Shown here: positions 56,223 through 63,991 of the stretch, one piece after another
Position numbering within the stretch: position 1 is the first letter of the stretch
Layout of the letters: every line of letters starts with the position of its first letter
NCBI GenBank assembly: GCA_009015555.1
Contig: GCA_009015555.1_3613.1
Length of the DNA stretch: 64,000 bases
DNA from: a phage
Reading direction: 5' to 3' (one strand)
Notes under the pieces: generated by a model
Database searches by the model: none
The model's input: the letters and a program-made list of their open reading frames with translations, nothing else
Told to the model about the DNA's origin: nothing
Program-made: the position numbers and the translations under genes

Positions 56223-56555
56223 ATGCAACAGACGAAATATTTTATTGAAGGTAACGCCGCCGCCCACGCCGGGCAGATCCGCGCCTGCCGCTACAATAAA
56301 GAAGAGAACCGCCGCGAATGGTTCGCCGGGTTCGATAGTGTGGATCGTGGTTTCGCCGTGTTTAAGATCCTGCCTGGTCCCGGCGCTGTTAAGCTGGCGG
56401 ACCTGGACCCGGTTTATATTGGTGGCGTCAAGCAATGCCAGGATCGCGCCGTCACACTGCAACAGGCGGACCGCGCCGGGCAATATGTGATCTATGATAT
56501 GACAACGGGCAAGCCGTACCAGGAAAGCACAAAATTAAATTACAAAAAGATTTAA
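56223..56555 (+). CDS. small early-type protein (110 aa)
   Basis: AAGGAG RBS; own promoter; no homolog recognised. Confidence 0.6.
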   Translation: MQQTKYFIEGNAAAHAGQIRACRYNKEENRREWFAGFDSVDRGFAVFKILPGPGAVKLADLDPVYIGGVKQCQDRAVTLQQADRAGQYVIYDMTTGKPYQESTKLNYKKI

Positions 56556-56563
56556 AATAATGC

Positions 56564-56592
56564 TTGACGGGGCCAGCGATAGGCCCCATAAT
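56564..56592 (+). promoter_or_regulatory. sigma70 promoter with GGGGCC...GGCCCC spacer hairpin
   Basis: TTGACG-gGGGCCagcgataGGCCC-CATAAT. Confidence 0.75.
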
Positions 56593-56647
56593 TCACCACA
56601 TAGCGACGCACACCGCGCCGCGCTAACAGAAGAGAGAGACCGTTATC

Positions 56648-57088
56648 ATGTTACATTCAATCAATAAAGAACAACGCCTTTACGTTATGCCTTGCGGGAA
56701 TGGCTTTACCTGCTACGGGTTCGACGTGTTAGACAAACGCGCCCGCGCCTTGTCTGCCTGGTACTTTGAACAGAATCCGCAAGCTATCGCACAGATCCCC
56801 GCCCGGATTGGCACTAAAAAACATTTTAAAGCCTGCCAGGCAGTGATCCAGCAGGTGGGCCGCTATTGCACCCATAAGGGCATTAAATGCCCGGTTGAAT
56901 TGTCGCCACAATTAAAAGGCCTGGAGGGTCGCCGGGTTGAGGTTGTCACCATGTACGGCGAAAAGCGCCGCTTTATTGTGGGCCGTTCTACTGGCTGGCT
57001 GGTCACTCATCTGGAGATCCCCCGCGCCAACAGTAGCGGCGGTATGAGCGCCGAAAAACAATACAAATCTGTAACCGTCATAAAATAA
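56648..57088 (+). CDS. small early-type protein (146 aa)
   Basis: Own promoter and a conserved leader shared with ORFs 60528 and 63616. Confidence 0.6.
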   Translation: MLHSINKEQRLYVMPCGNGFTCYGFDVLDKRARALSAWYFEQNPQAIAQIPARIGTKKHFKACQAVIQQVGRYCTHKGIKCPVELSPQLKGLEGRRVEVVTMYGEKRRFIVGRSTGWLVTHLEIPRANSSGGMSAEKQYKSVTVIK

Positions 57089-57101
57089 TTTAAAAATAGT
57101 A

Positions 57102-57130
57102 TTGACACCGGGGCCACCTGGCCCCATACT
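57102..57130 (+). promoter_or_regulatory. sigma70 promoter with spacer hairpin
   Basis: TTGACA-ccGGGGCCacctGGCCC-CATACT. Confidence 0.7.
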
Positions 57131-57180
57131 ACAAACAAGCCCGGCAAATGGTGCCCGGCAAAATCAGAGAGTAAAAGAAA

Positions 57181-57402
57181 ATGGCTAAAGTAACCTATAA
57201 AAAATCACGTGGCATTTCCTCTGTTAACCTGGCGGCGGTTGTAACCCTGCCCGCATACCGTACCCGCGACGAGGCCCGCGCCGTTGCCAGTAAGATCCGC
57301 GCCGCTGGCGTGACCCCGACAACGCCAACCAAAACGGCGGACGGCTGGCGCGTTACCGCAAAGCATAACGGCGGCACACTTTCCCGCAACACTCACCGCT
57401 AA
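57181..57402 (+). CDS. small early-type protein (73 aa)
   Basis: Purine-rich RBS; own promoter. Confidence 0.55.
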   Translation: MAKVTYKKSRGISSVNLAAVVTLPAYRTRDEARAVASKIRAAGVTPTTPTKTADGWRVTAKHNGGTLSRNTHR

Positions 57403-57409
57403 CCAATTG

Positions 57410-57434
57410 CAGGCCCCCGCCGGGGGCCTTTCGT
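57410..57434 (+). terminator. GC hairpin with weak T-tract (possible terminator or processing site)
   Basis: GGCCCCC-GCCG-GGGGCC followed by TTTCGTGT. Confidence 0.4.
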
Positions 57435-57448
57435 GTGGAGTCAGTACC

Positions 57449-57793
57449 ATGACCAAACAGATCCCCGCTGTCCAGATCACGCCGCTTTTCCGTTGCCATA
57501 TCTTTTATGACTGTAATGATCTTGCGGGGCAATGGATCGGCGATACCGATCAACAATATGATTTCCCGGAATGGGACGAACTAAACCGCCGTGTAAGCAA
57601 CGCCGCACACAATGCCGATCCTGATAGCCTGGCGGACGTGGAACACTTCCCCGGCGGGGCCGCTTGCTTTCCTTATATTGAGATCACCGCGCCAACGTGG
57701 GCGCTATGTAAAGCGATGAGCGACGCCGTGATCCGTTGCATCCTGGACAATGGCGGGATCGTCGAACCAAAAGACAACGGAATAAATATTTAA
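57449..57793 (+). CDS. small early-type protein (114 aa)
   Basis: GGAG RBS; no promoter of its own. Confidence 0.5.
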   Translation: MTKQIPAVQITPLFRCHIFYDCNDLAGQWIGDTDQQYDFPEWDELNRRVSNAAHNADPDSLADVEHFPGGAACFPYIEITAPTWALCKAMSDAVIRCILDNGGIVEPKDNGINI

Positions 57794-57812
57794 ATTATTT
57801 TGCTTTTGGGGG

Positions 57813-57841
57813 TTGACGCCCGGCGGCGCTTCCCCCATAAT
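57813..57841 (+). promoter_or_regulatory. sigma70 promoter with GC-rich spacer
   Basis: TTGACG-17-CATAAT, flanked by GGGGG / CCCCC. Confidence 0.7.
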
Positions 57842-57894
57842 ACACCACATAGGGCGACGGAATAACCCGCCGCCAAAAACCAAAAGGTAACAGT

Positions 57895-58134
57895 ATGCAA
57901 ACCGTAATGATTAGCCACCCGGATCACGCTTCAGATTTCTACGCACCGATCTACGCCCCGCTTGAATGGCAACGCCAGGGCCTGCAAAAAACCGCCACGG
58001 GCTATGGCACCAAGATCCCCACGTCCTATATGTTGGACTATCAAGGCAAGCGCCGCCGGATCTATGTTGACCAGTACAGCAACGCCGGGCACACTTACAT
58101 AATGATCAAAGGCGAAAAAATTACAGTTTGCTAA
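57895..58134 (+). CDS. small early-type protein (79 aa)
   Basis: AAAAGG RBS; own promoter. Confidence 0.55.
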   Translation: MQTVMISHPDHASDFYAPIYAPLEWQRQGLQKTATGYGTKIPTSYMLDYQGKRRRIYVDQYSNAGHTYIMIKGEKITVC

Positions 58135-58143
58135 AAATAATTG

Positions 58144-58172
58144 TTGACCGGGGGCCGGGTAGGCCCCATAAT
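58144..58172 (+). promoter_or_regulatory. sigma70 promoter with spacer hairpin
   Basis: TTGACC-gGGGGCCgggtaGGCCC-CATAAT. Confidence 0.75.
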
Positions 58173-58212
58173 ACCAGACATACCAAACAGACAAGAAAAC
58201 GAGGCTTACAAA

Positions 58213-58443
58213 ATGAATCTGACTACTATCGGCGCTAACCAAACCATGATCACCCTGGCCGACGGCTCACAGGTTTTCTTTTCCTACAATACCCCGGTTG
58301 CGGCATACCTGCCCGGCGTGGGCTATGTAGTGACCGCCAAAAAGCACAGCGCCACCACGTCAAAACATGTTAATGCTTGGGCTGGCAAAGGTTGCGACAC
58401 CCGCCCACAGGAATTTTTTGATAATCTCATTAAATCCGCTTGA
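58213..58443 (+). CDS. small early-type protein (76 aa)
   Basis: GAGG RBS; track start 58141 lies inside the promoter. Confidence 0.55.
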   Translation: MNLTTIGANQTMITLADGSQVFFSYNTPVAAYLPGVGYVVTAKKHSATTSKHVNAWAGKGCDTRPQEFFDNLIKSA

Positions 58444-58469
58444 CGTTTGAATTATGCCGGGGTTATAAT
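58440..58469 (+). promoter_or_regulatory. sigma70 promoter with -10 in a hairpin loop
   Basis: TTGACG-18-TATAAT; GCCGGGG-ttataat-TCCCGGC. Confidence 0.7.
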
Positions 58470-58519
58470 TCCCGGCATAGACAAGCGAAAGCAAACAACC
58501 AAACCGAAAGGATCACACA

Positions 58520-58900
58520 ATGAACATTATCAACACTGTAAACGCCGCCGACATCAAAGAAATTTCCGTAACTGGTAAACGTTGGTTCCAGCGTAGCTAC
58601 GGCAACACTTATCACAGCGTAAGCCTGGGGGCGCTGGTATCCGTTGAAGTGGCGGACCGCTTAGGCGCTAACAAGTACGGCAACAAAAGCGGCGACGTGT
58701 GGATCGACCTGGCTTATGTTGGTTTCGCCTATGGTTATGATCGCGGGTTCGAACAAACCGCATTAAGCGCGATGATCGAGGCGGTGAAGGATGCCCCGGC
58801 GGCGTGGCGTGGTATGTCCTACGCTTGCCAGGCGGCGGCGGATCTCGGGGTTGTCTACACTGATAACGTTTATGATGTTAGCCGCAAAAAAGATTTATAA
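58520..58900 (+). CDS. small early-type protein (126 aa)
   Basis: AAAGGA RBS; GYDRGFEQTAL segment loosely resembles GYNREDAAFQEAI in ORF 59264. Confidence 0.6.
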   Translation: MNIINTVNAADIKEISVTGKRWFQRSYGNTYHSVSLGALVSVEVADRLGANKYGNKSGDVWIDLAYVGFAYGYDRGFEQTALSAMIEAVKDAPAAWRGMSYACQAAADLGVVYTDNVYDVSRKKDL

Positions 58901-58906
58901 TTTTGG

Positions 58907-58936
58907 TTGACACGGGGCCGGGTTAGGCCCCATAAT
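58907..58936 (+). promoter_or_regulatory. sigma70 promoter with spacer hairpin
   Basis: TTGACA-cGGGGCCgggttaGGCCC-CATAAT. Confidence 0.75.
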
Positions 58937-58968
58937 ACCCCCACACCAACAGAAAAGAGATTGACACC

Positions 58969-59178
58969 ATGATCAACGAACAGCAAGTAAACGACGTTAA
59001 ACATGAGGCTTACCAGGTGGCGATCCGTAGTGGTTCCCGCGCCGCCTTCAATCTGGTTATTGAGTTGTACCCTGAACAGGCGGAAAATATTTTAATGCAG
59101 GTTTCCGTATTACTGGAAGCAACAAAGCACACCAAATTAAGCGCCGGGATCGATAAGCTGGCAAAAAGTTTAAAATAG
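58969..59178 (+). CDS. small early-type protein (69 aa)
   Basis: AAGAGA RBS; own promoter. Confidence 0.55.
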   Translation: MINEQQVNDVKHEAYQVAIRSGSRAAFNLVIELYPEQAENILMQVSVLLEATKHTKLSAGIDKLAKSLK

Positions 59179-59181
59179 TTG

Positions 59182-59211
59182 TTGACTCTTACCCCGTCCC
59201 GCTGGCATAAT
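59182..59211 (+). promoter_or_regulatory. sigma70 promoter with -10 in a hairpin loop
   Basis: TTGACT-18-CATAAT; GTCCCGCT-ggcataat-AGCGGGAC. Confidence 0.7.
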
Positions 59212-59263
59212 AGCGGGACTGATTAAGAGAAACACCACAAACCAAACGAAGAGAGAAAACATT

Positions 59264-59650
59264 ATGAACGCTACTTACGATTTTTCCAACATGGTTGTAA
59301 CTTCTGGCGACCTGGGCAAGGCCCGTAACCAAAACAATTTTTACAAGGCCGTTCACCTGGTCGGGCTGGTAGACAATGAGATCAAAGATCTGGCGGAGGT
59401 CCGCTTCTACGGCACCGGGAAAACTAACACGGCGATCCTTTGGATTCACTCCCCGATCCTGGGTCTGTATGGTTCGGAGTTTGGCAAGGCTGGCGGCTAT
59501 GGCTATAATCGCGAAGATGCAGCATTTCAGGAGGCGATCCGCAAGATGGGGGTTAAGGGTGACGGATACCATACGCCCCGCGATTTTTTCGAGGCCCTTG
59601 CTAAATATCTTGGGGTTGCTGTATACTCTGTTATTGAATCCCATGCTTAA
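59264..59650 (+). CDS. small early-type protein (128 aa)
   Basis: AAGAGAGAAA RBS; own promoter. Confidence 0.6.
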   Translation: MNATYDFSNMVVTSGDLGKARNQNNFYKAVHLVGLVDNEIKDLAEVRFYGTGKTNTAILWIHSPILGLYGSEFGKAGGYGYNREDAAFQEAIRKMGVKGDGYHTPRDFFEALAKYLGVAVYSVIESHA

Positions 59651-59659
59651 TGGTGTATA

Positions 59660-59971
59660 ATGACAATCGTAACTCTGATTTGTTTAGCACTGGCGGCGCT
59701 TTATTGCGTCGCCACTCACAAAGCCGCACTATGGCGAAAGGGTCAAAAAATGTACGGTTATTTTGAATACGAGTACAAAGGGGAGAAGGGATCAAGCCGG
59801 GACTATGGCGCAATGTGTGAGATCGATATGGTTGGCGCTATGAACTACCGCCAGGAGTTGGGCGCGGTGATCACTTATGAGGTTTACGACTCCTCAGAAG
59901 AGAAGATCGGAGAAATAATCGATCAACGTTACTACATGGAACAACAGCAAAACAAACGCCGGAGAAGATGA
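59660..59971 (+). CDS. hypothetical protein with N-terminal hydrophobic segment (start uncertain)
   Basis: Track ORF; alternative start at MYGYFEYEY; no clear promoter. Confidence 0.4.
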   Translation: MTIVTLICLALAALYCVATHKAALWRKGQKMYGYFEYEYKGEKGSSRDYGAMCEIDMVGAMNYRQELGAVITYEVYDSSEEKIGEIIDQRYYMEQQQNKRRRR

Positions 59972-59973
59972 GA

Positions 59974-60108
59974 ATGATTCACACTAACATTAACCGCGAT
60001 AAACAACCGCGCCGCGCCCGTCTCTCATACGCTGAAGCAGGCGAGCGCCTGCAACGTGAGAAGGCCAACAAACAACAGCGCCGTAAAACGCGCTATAACT
60101 GGGAGTAA
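59974..60108 (+). CDS. tiny Arg/Lys-rich protein (44 aa)
   Basis: Hand-translated MIHTNINRDKQPRRARLSYAEAGERLQREKANKQQRRKTRYNWE; GGAGAAGATGAGA before the ATG. Confidence 0.35.
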   Translation: MIHTNINRDKQPRRARLSYAEAGERLQREKANKQQRRKTRYNWE

Positions 60109-60143
60109 GCGCCCCGGCATGGAAACACCAGGCCAAACAGTTT

Positions 60144-60170
60144 AAACCGCACAGGGGGCCGCTTAGGCCC
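60144..60170 (+). terminator. rho-independent terminator
   Basis: GGGGGCC-GCTTA-GGCCCC followed by TTATTTTTT. Confidence 0.75.
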
Positions 60171-60184
60171 CTTATTTTTTATCT

Positions 60185-60424
60185 ATGGGGTACACAATGC
60201 AAAACCTTTTAACCTTAACAGATTTTATCCGGGCTATGGGGTCCCGTCCGATGGGGTTTAGCGCCCTTTACCTGGTAACCGATGGCAAAGGATACCGCGC
60301 CACCTGCAAAGCGCTTGCCGCCGTTGCGGCCCGCGAAGGGGTCAAGATCTCCACGGGTCAAGCCTTGGTAGTTGACCCGGCGACATTGGCAACGGCGGAG
60401 GCGATCCGGGTCACTGTAAAATAA
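60185..60424 (+). CDS. small early-type protein (75-79 aa)
   Basis: ATG at 60185 or 60197; no promoter of its own. Confidence 0.5.
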   Translation: MGYTMQNLLTLTDFIRAMGSRPMGFSALYLVTDGKGYRATCKALAAVAAREGVKISTGQALVVDPATLATAEAIRVTVK

Positions 60425-60448
60425 TTTAAAATATTTTCATCCTGGGGC

Positions 60449-60477
60449 TTGACGTCCGGCCCCGGTTCCCCCATAAT
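60449..60477 (+). promoter_or_regulatory. sigma70 promoter with GC-rich spacer
   Basis: TTGACG-tccGGCCCCggttcccc-CATAAT. Confidence 0.75.
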
Positions 60478-60527
60478 CTAACCCATAGCGACGCACACCG
60501 CGCCGCACTAACAGAAGAGAGACCGTT

Positions 60528-60962
60528 ATGACTTCCCCAATTTTCCGTATCAAATCAGGTTTATCCGTTTACGCACTGGCTTGCGGCTATATCCAAGAGA
60601 TCGACACAAAGATCACCGGGAAAAATATCCGGGTACAGCTTTTAATGGAACACGGCGCTTTTCACGTCAAGGCACATGATTTTGATGACGTGGGCCGGAT
60701 CGAGTGGGTTGTTGAAGATCAGATCGGCGACGCCCGCACACAATGGAAAGCGCTTGTTAATCAGCTTTTCGGGGAAGTTATCCGCACAATCAAAAAAGAT
60801 AAGCGCTACACCGTAACCCGTGAATTTTCCGGCGACCCTTGCGGGGCCTTGTATGTTACCCGTTTTTGTGGGGAATTTGTAAGCCGTGCCGACACAATCC
60901 CCGGCGCATGGGTAAAAGCCGCCGAACACAACGCCGAAAGAATGAAAAATTATCAAAAATAA
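60528..60962 (+). CDS. small early-type protein (144 aa)
   Basis: Shares the conserved leader with ORFs 56648 and 63616. Confidence 0.6.
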   Translation: MTSPIFRIKSGLSVYALACGYIQEIDTKITGKNIRVQLLMEHGAFHVKAHDFDDVGRIEWVVEDQIGDARTQWKALVNQLFGEVIRTIKKDKRYTVTREFSGDPCGALYVTRFCGEFVSRADTIPGAWVKAAEHNAERMKNYQK

Positions 60963-60964
60963 TT

Positions 60965-60993
60965 GTTGACCGGGGCCGGGTTAGGCCCCATAA
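60965..60993 (+). promoter_or_regulatory. sigma70 promoter with spacer hairpin
   Basis: TTGACC-GGGGCCgggttaGGCCC-CATAAT. Confidence 0.75.
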
Positions 60994-61025
60994 TACCCCC
61001 AGACAAACAAACCGGAGTTAGACCA

Positions 61026-61178
61026 ATGAAACAATATCTTGTAAACATCCCTGGCGTGGCTGGCCCGTTGAAAGTTTATGGCTATGATGAGCAGGACGCA
61101 AGAAAGCGCCTACGTGATCGGGAAGGTTTCGGATCACGCCTCCCACGTGGCACAAAATTTTATTTGCAAAACGCTTGA
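61026..61178 (+). CDS. tiny basic protein (50 aa)
   Basis: GGAG RBS; track start 60963 lies inside the promoter. Confidence 0.45.
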   Translation: MKQYLVNIPGVAGPLKVYGYDEQDARKRLRDREGFGSRLPRGTKFYLQNA

Positions 61179-61203
61179 CGTGTGGTTATGCCGTCGCCTA
61201 TAA
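61174..61203 (+). promoter_or_regulatory. sigma70 promoter with -10 in a hairpin loop
   Basis: TTGACG-18-TATAAT; ATGCCGTC-gcctataat-GACGGCAT. Confidence 0.7.
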
Positions 61204-61257
61204 TGACGGCATAGACAAACGAAAGCAACACCAGACAACCAAACGAGGGTTAAAATT

Positions 61258-61515
61258 ATGTTTGAAGTATTCGCCGGAATGTGTTTTTATGCCGCCGCCG
61301 CTTTAAAACAGTGTGATGATTACACCGTTGAAGCATACGACGATCAGTTAACTTGCGAGATCGTCGCCAACGGCTACCGCCAGGACCCGCGCTGGATTAA
61401 TCCGGCTTGTATCCCTGGGCCGGAAGTTGAAGCAATGCCGGAAGGTGAGCCGCTATTAGAACCGATCCCGGCGGCTAATCACTTGAACGTAAACCCGGCG
61501 CAAAAAGAGTATTAA
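61258..61515 (+). CDS. small early-type acidic protein (85 aa)
   Basis: GAGGG RBS; own promoter. Confidence 0.55.
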   Translation: MFEVFAGMCFYAAAALKQCDDYTVEAYDDQLTCEIVANGYRQDPRWINPACIPGPEVEAMPEGEPLLEPIPAANHLNVNPAQKEY

Positions 61516-61521
61516 AAGCGC

Positions 61522-61551
61522 TTGACGCCGGGACGGTTCCCGGCTTATAAT
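61522..61551 (+). promoter_or_regulatory. sigma70 promoter, CCGGGA...TCCCGG spacer palindrome
   Basis: TTGACG-CCGGGAcggtTCCCGGC-TTATAAT. Confidence 0.8.
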
Positions 61552-61588
61552 CTCAGACATACCAAACAGGCAAATGAGGCCGCAAATC

Positions 61589-61795
61589 ATGACACGTTAT
61601 TTTGTTACTCGCAATGTTTACCGCTTAGAAAATGGCAACGTTTACCGCTGGAGTGGGGCGCGTGGTGGCTGGTTGCACCGTGACGGCTTTACCCCTTCAG
61701 ATCTCACCGATGGGACCGTGATCGGCGCGGTTGAGGTATCAGAAGAGGAAGCAAACCGCCGGATCTCTGAATTGTTAAAAGGCGGTGCAAAATGA
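61589..61795 (+). CDS. small early-type protein (68 aa)
   Basis: GAGG RBS; own promoter. Confidence 0.5.
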   Translation: MTRYFVTRNVYRLENGNVYRWSGARGGWLHRDGFTPSDLTDGTVIGAVEVSEEEANRRISELLKGGAK

Positions 61796-61971
61796 AATCA
61801 TCTTTACTTTTCGCCCTGGTTGACATCGTGATCGGCAATGGTTGCGGGCAACATACATTTATTGCTAACCGCCCCTATCCGCTAAAGTCATTGCAGGCTG
61901 ACGCCCGATTAACAGCGGCACAGATCCGCCGCTACTTTCGGGAACCACACCCGGCAAAGAATGCAAAATAA
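61792..61971 (+). CDS. small protein (59 aa), translationally coupled
   Basis: Hand-translated MKSSLLFALVDIVIGNGCGQHTF..; ATGA overlap. Confidence 0.4.
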   Translation: MKSSLLFALVDIVIGNGCGQHTFIANRPYPLKSLQADARLTAAQIRRYFREPHPAKNAK

Positions 61972-61974
61972 TTG

Positions 61975-62004
61975 TTGACGCCGGGCACCGTCCCGGCTTA
62001 CAAT
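61975..62004 (+). promoter_or_regulatory. sigma70 promoter, GCCGGG...CCCGGC spacer palindrome
   Basis: TTGACG-CCGGGCaccgTCCCGGC-TTACAAT. Confidence 0.75.
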
Positions 62005-62034
62005 GACCCCACACAAACAAACGAGGCTTTAAAC

Positions 62035-62340
62035 ATGCAACAGGCTAACACTCTTTTCATTCTGGCAAACGTAGCGGATCACGTCGTGGCGTCGCTGTCC
62101 AACGTAGCGGGCACCGTCCAGATCATTTGTCGTCATATGGATGACAAAGCGCCGAACCGCTTACAAATCAACGTAGACCGCGACGGGAAAGAATTTGTGA
62201 TCTCTTATGACGCTATCTATAATGGCAACCGGATCACGCAAGCCAAAAGCCAACCGATCCCCGCCGATTTTATCCAGCAAGTGATCGCCGAAATCGTAAA
62301 CGACACGATCCCAGCGGGGGCGCTGTATGAATCCGCATAA
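62035..62340 (+). CDS. small early-type protein (101 aa)
   Basis: GAGG RBS; track start 61972 lies inside the promoter. Confidence 0.55.
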   Translation: MQQANTLFILANVADHVVASLSNVAGTVQIICRHMDDKAPNRLQINVDRDGKEFVISYDAIYNGNRITQAKSQPIPADFIQQVIAEIVNDTIPAGALYESA

Positions 62341-62482
62341 ACTCTTAATCACCAGTTACCCCAGCAAGGCGGATCGCCGTGAAACTTTGGACCGCTTAAC
62401 GCGCTACTATCAGGAGGCCGGGCACAATAAGACAACCGCCCGCGCCCTGGCTAAAAAGCGTTTGCGATTTGGTAAAAATTAG
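62327..62482 (+). CDS. tiny basic protein (51 aa)
   Basis: Hand-translated MNPHKLLITSYPSKADRRETLDRLTRYYQEAGHNKTTARALAKKRLRFGKN; overlaps the upstream gene by 14 nt. Confidence 0.4.
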   Translation: MNPHKLLITSYPSKADRRETLDRLTRYYQEAGHNKTTARALAKKRLRFGKN

Positions 62483-62483
62483 C

Positions 62484-62513
62484 TTGACGCCGGGAACCGT
62501 CCCGGCTTATAAT
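62484..62513 (+). promoter_or_regulatory. sigma70 promoter, GCCGGG...CCCGGC spacer palindrome
   Basis: TTGACG-CCGGGAaccgTCCCGGC-TTATAAT. Confidence 0.8.
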
Positions 62514-62564
62514 CTCTCACATAGCGCGGGGGATGGTCCCCGCATTATCTAAGAGGTTATGAAT

Positions 62565-62717
62565 ATGTTTACTTTGATGACTTGGGAACACGAAACAAGC
62601 TCCCCGATCCGCCGCACTTTTGAAGACCTATGCGCCGCTTATCGCCTGGCGCAAGGCGGTTATTATAAGGCCCAAATCATTGATGAAAACAATGTGATCA
62701 TGTACGAATTTAAATGA
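62565..62717 (+). CDS. tiny protein (50 aa)
   Basis: Hand-translated MFTLMTWEHETSSPIRRTFEDLCAAYRLAQGGYYKAQIIDENNVIMYEFK; AAGAGG RBS 8 nt upstream. Confidence 0.45.
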   Translation: MFTLMTWEHETSSPIRRTFEDLCAAYRLAQGGYYKAQIIDENNVIMYEFK

Positions 62718-62746
62718 TTGACATCCGGCCCGAAAGGGCCGATAAT
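62718..62746 (+). promoter_or_regulatory. sigma70 promoter with spacer hairpin
   Basis: TTGACA-tccGGCCCgaaaGGGCC-GATAAT. Confidence 0.7.
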
Positions 62747-62777
62747 GACCCACACCAACAAAAGAGAGACCGTAAAA

Positions 62778-62984
62778 ATGATTACAATGATTCTGCAAAA
62801 GTCCCGCCTGATTGATGTTACTGTTACCCTGTCCGCTTGCGGTGAATCATCCCGCCGGGCCGATCATTACCAGGTTACCGCTGTAAGCGACAACGGCGCG
62901 ATCCTTCTCTCTGAAGCGACCCCCGCGCTACATGAGGCATTTTTGACCTATTCGAAGTGGAAAGGGCCGGAAGAAATAAAATAA
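62778..62984 (+). CDS. small early-type protein (68 aa)
   Basis: Track start 62718 lies inside the promoter; start taken at MITMILQ. Confidence 0.5.
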   Translation: MITMILQKSRLIDVTVTLSACGESSRRADHYQVTAVSDNGAILLSEATPALHEAFLTYSKWKGPEEIK

Positions 62985-62991
62985 AAAGTAG

Positions 62992-63020
62992 TTGACGGCG
63001 GGGCCGATAGGCCCCATAAT
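62992..63020 (+). promoter_or_regulatory. sigma70 promoter with spacer hairpin
   Basis: TTGACG-gcGGGGCCgataGGCCC-CATAAT. Confidence 0.75.
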
Positions 63021-63052
63021 ACCCCCACACCAAACGAAATAGGATTCACAAA

Positions 63053-63307
63053 ATGTTAAAATTCATCAAATCACTTTTCACCCGCACCGCCCCGGCTTGC
63101 AAGTTGCCACCGCTGGAGGCGCAAGGCGTGATCGCTCGCAAAGTCTCAGAACTGTTTATCATTTCATTGGTTCACAATGGCGGCGACTGTTACGAAATCA
63201 TCGAAATGGGCCGCTACACCAACACCGGATCAAGCCGTGTCCGCTACGGTGAACACCGCGCCCGGAATCATTTTGATTCTGTATGCTGTATGGTTGGTGC
63301 AAAATGA
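63053..63307 (+). CDS. small early-type protein (84 aa)
   Basis: AGGA RBS; own promoter. Confidence 0.55.
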   Translation: MLKFIKSLFTRTAPACKLPPLEAQGVIARKVSELFIISLVHNGGDCYEIIEMGRYTNTGSSRVRYGEHRARNHFDSVCCMVGAK

Positions 63308-63516
63308 TCGCGTTTACCTTTGAGCGCCTGCCGGACACCTCCCCCCGCTGGGGGGAGTGTGAAGAGGTTGTGATCCTTGCCCGCGATGAGGCGCAAGCCT
63401 GGCAGATGTTAGGGGAATATGTAGCGGCGCACACGTTGCCAGCCTGGAAGCTGGCAGAACAAAAGCCAGCCGCGCCCGGCGTGATCTTTTTCACGTCCTA
63501 CACGTTAGGCGTTTAA
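63304..63516 (+). CDS. small protein (70 aa), translationally coupled
   Basis: ATGA overlap with the upstream stop. Confidence 0.5.
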   Translation: MIAFTFERLPDTSPRWGECEEVVILARDEAQAWQMLGEYVAAHTLPAWKLAEQKPAAPGVIFFTSYTLGV

Positions 63517-63533
63517 TCTTTACAAAACTATTG

Positions 63534-63563
63534 TTGACGCCGGGCACCGTCCCGGCCTATAAT
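63534..63563 (+). promoter_or_regulatory. sigma70 promoter, GCCGGG...CCCGGC spacer palindrome
   Basis: TTGACG-CCGGGCaccgTCCCGGC-CTATAAT, followed by the conserved leader. Confidence 0.8.
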
Positions 63564-63615
63564 TCACCACATAGCGACGCACACCGCGCCGCGCTAACAG
63601 AAGAGAGATCGTAAA

Positions 63616-63984
63616 ATGAGCAAATACACCCCGTGGGAACCAATGTATAAAATCAGCCTGGTTGAGTGCAGCAAAAACGAACTGGATGGAATTGTCCGCG
63701 CCGCTACCGCCGTGATCCGGGGTCTTAACTTCAAACACCTGAGATTCAAAGAAGTAAAACAGATTTTCGAGATGCCGGATCACAAGGCCGCTTCCCGCTT
63801 GGGTCTTACTGTAACCTCGCAAGGGCTTTACAAAGATCACGACCTGAAAGGGCCGCATGTTTGGCTTTTGGCTTGCGCCGTGGGCCGTACCATCGCCGAC
63901 ACCATAAAGAGCATGAAAGCGTTACGCGATGCCGCAAAGGCCCGCCGGGCCGAACTGGAAACAATGATCAGCACTAAATGCTAA
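63616..63984 (+). CDS. small early-type protein (122 aa)
   Basis: Shares the conserved leader with ORFs 56648 and 60528. Confidence 0.6.
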   Translation: MSKYTPWEPMYKISLVECSKNELDGIVRAATAVIRGLNFKHLRFKEVKQIFEMPDHKAASRLGLTVTSQGLYKDHDLKGPHVWLLACAVGRTIADTIKSMKALRDAAKARRAELETMISTKC

Positions 63985-63991
63985 AAATAAA

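Noticed and set aside
55330-56483. Track ORFs inside the repeat region (55330-55518 +, 55515-55796 -, 55565-55801 +, 55872-56123 +, 55973-56248 +, 56061-56483 -)
   Set aside because: They run through direct and palindromic repeats, have low-complexity translations, overlap one another on both strands and lack RBS-start geometry, so they are treated as non-coding.
58141-58212. Longer track starts for array genes (58141, 60963, 61972, 62718, 57407, 61574, 63283) and for 41535-42779 and 2401
   Set aside because: The upstream TTG/ATG codons lie inside the promoter hexamers and hairpins; internal ATGs with purine-rich RBS 5-9 nt upstream were used instead.
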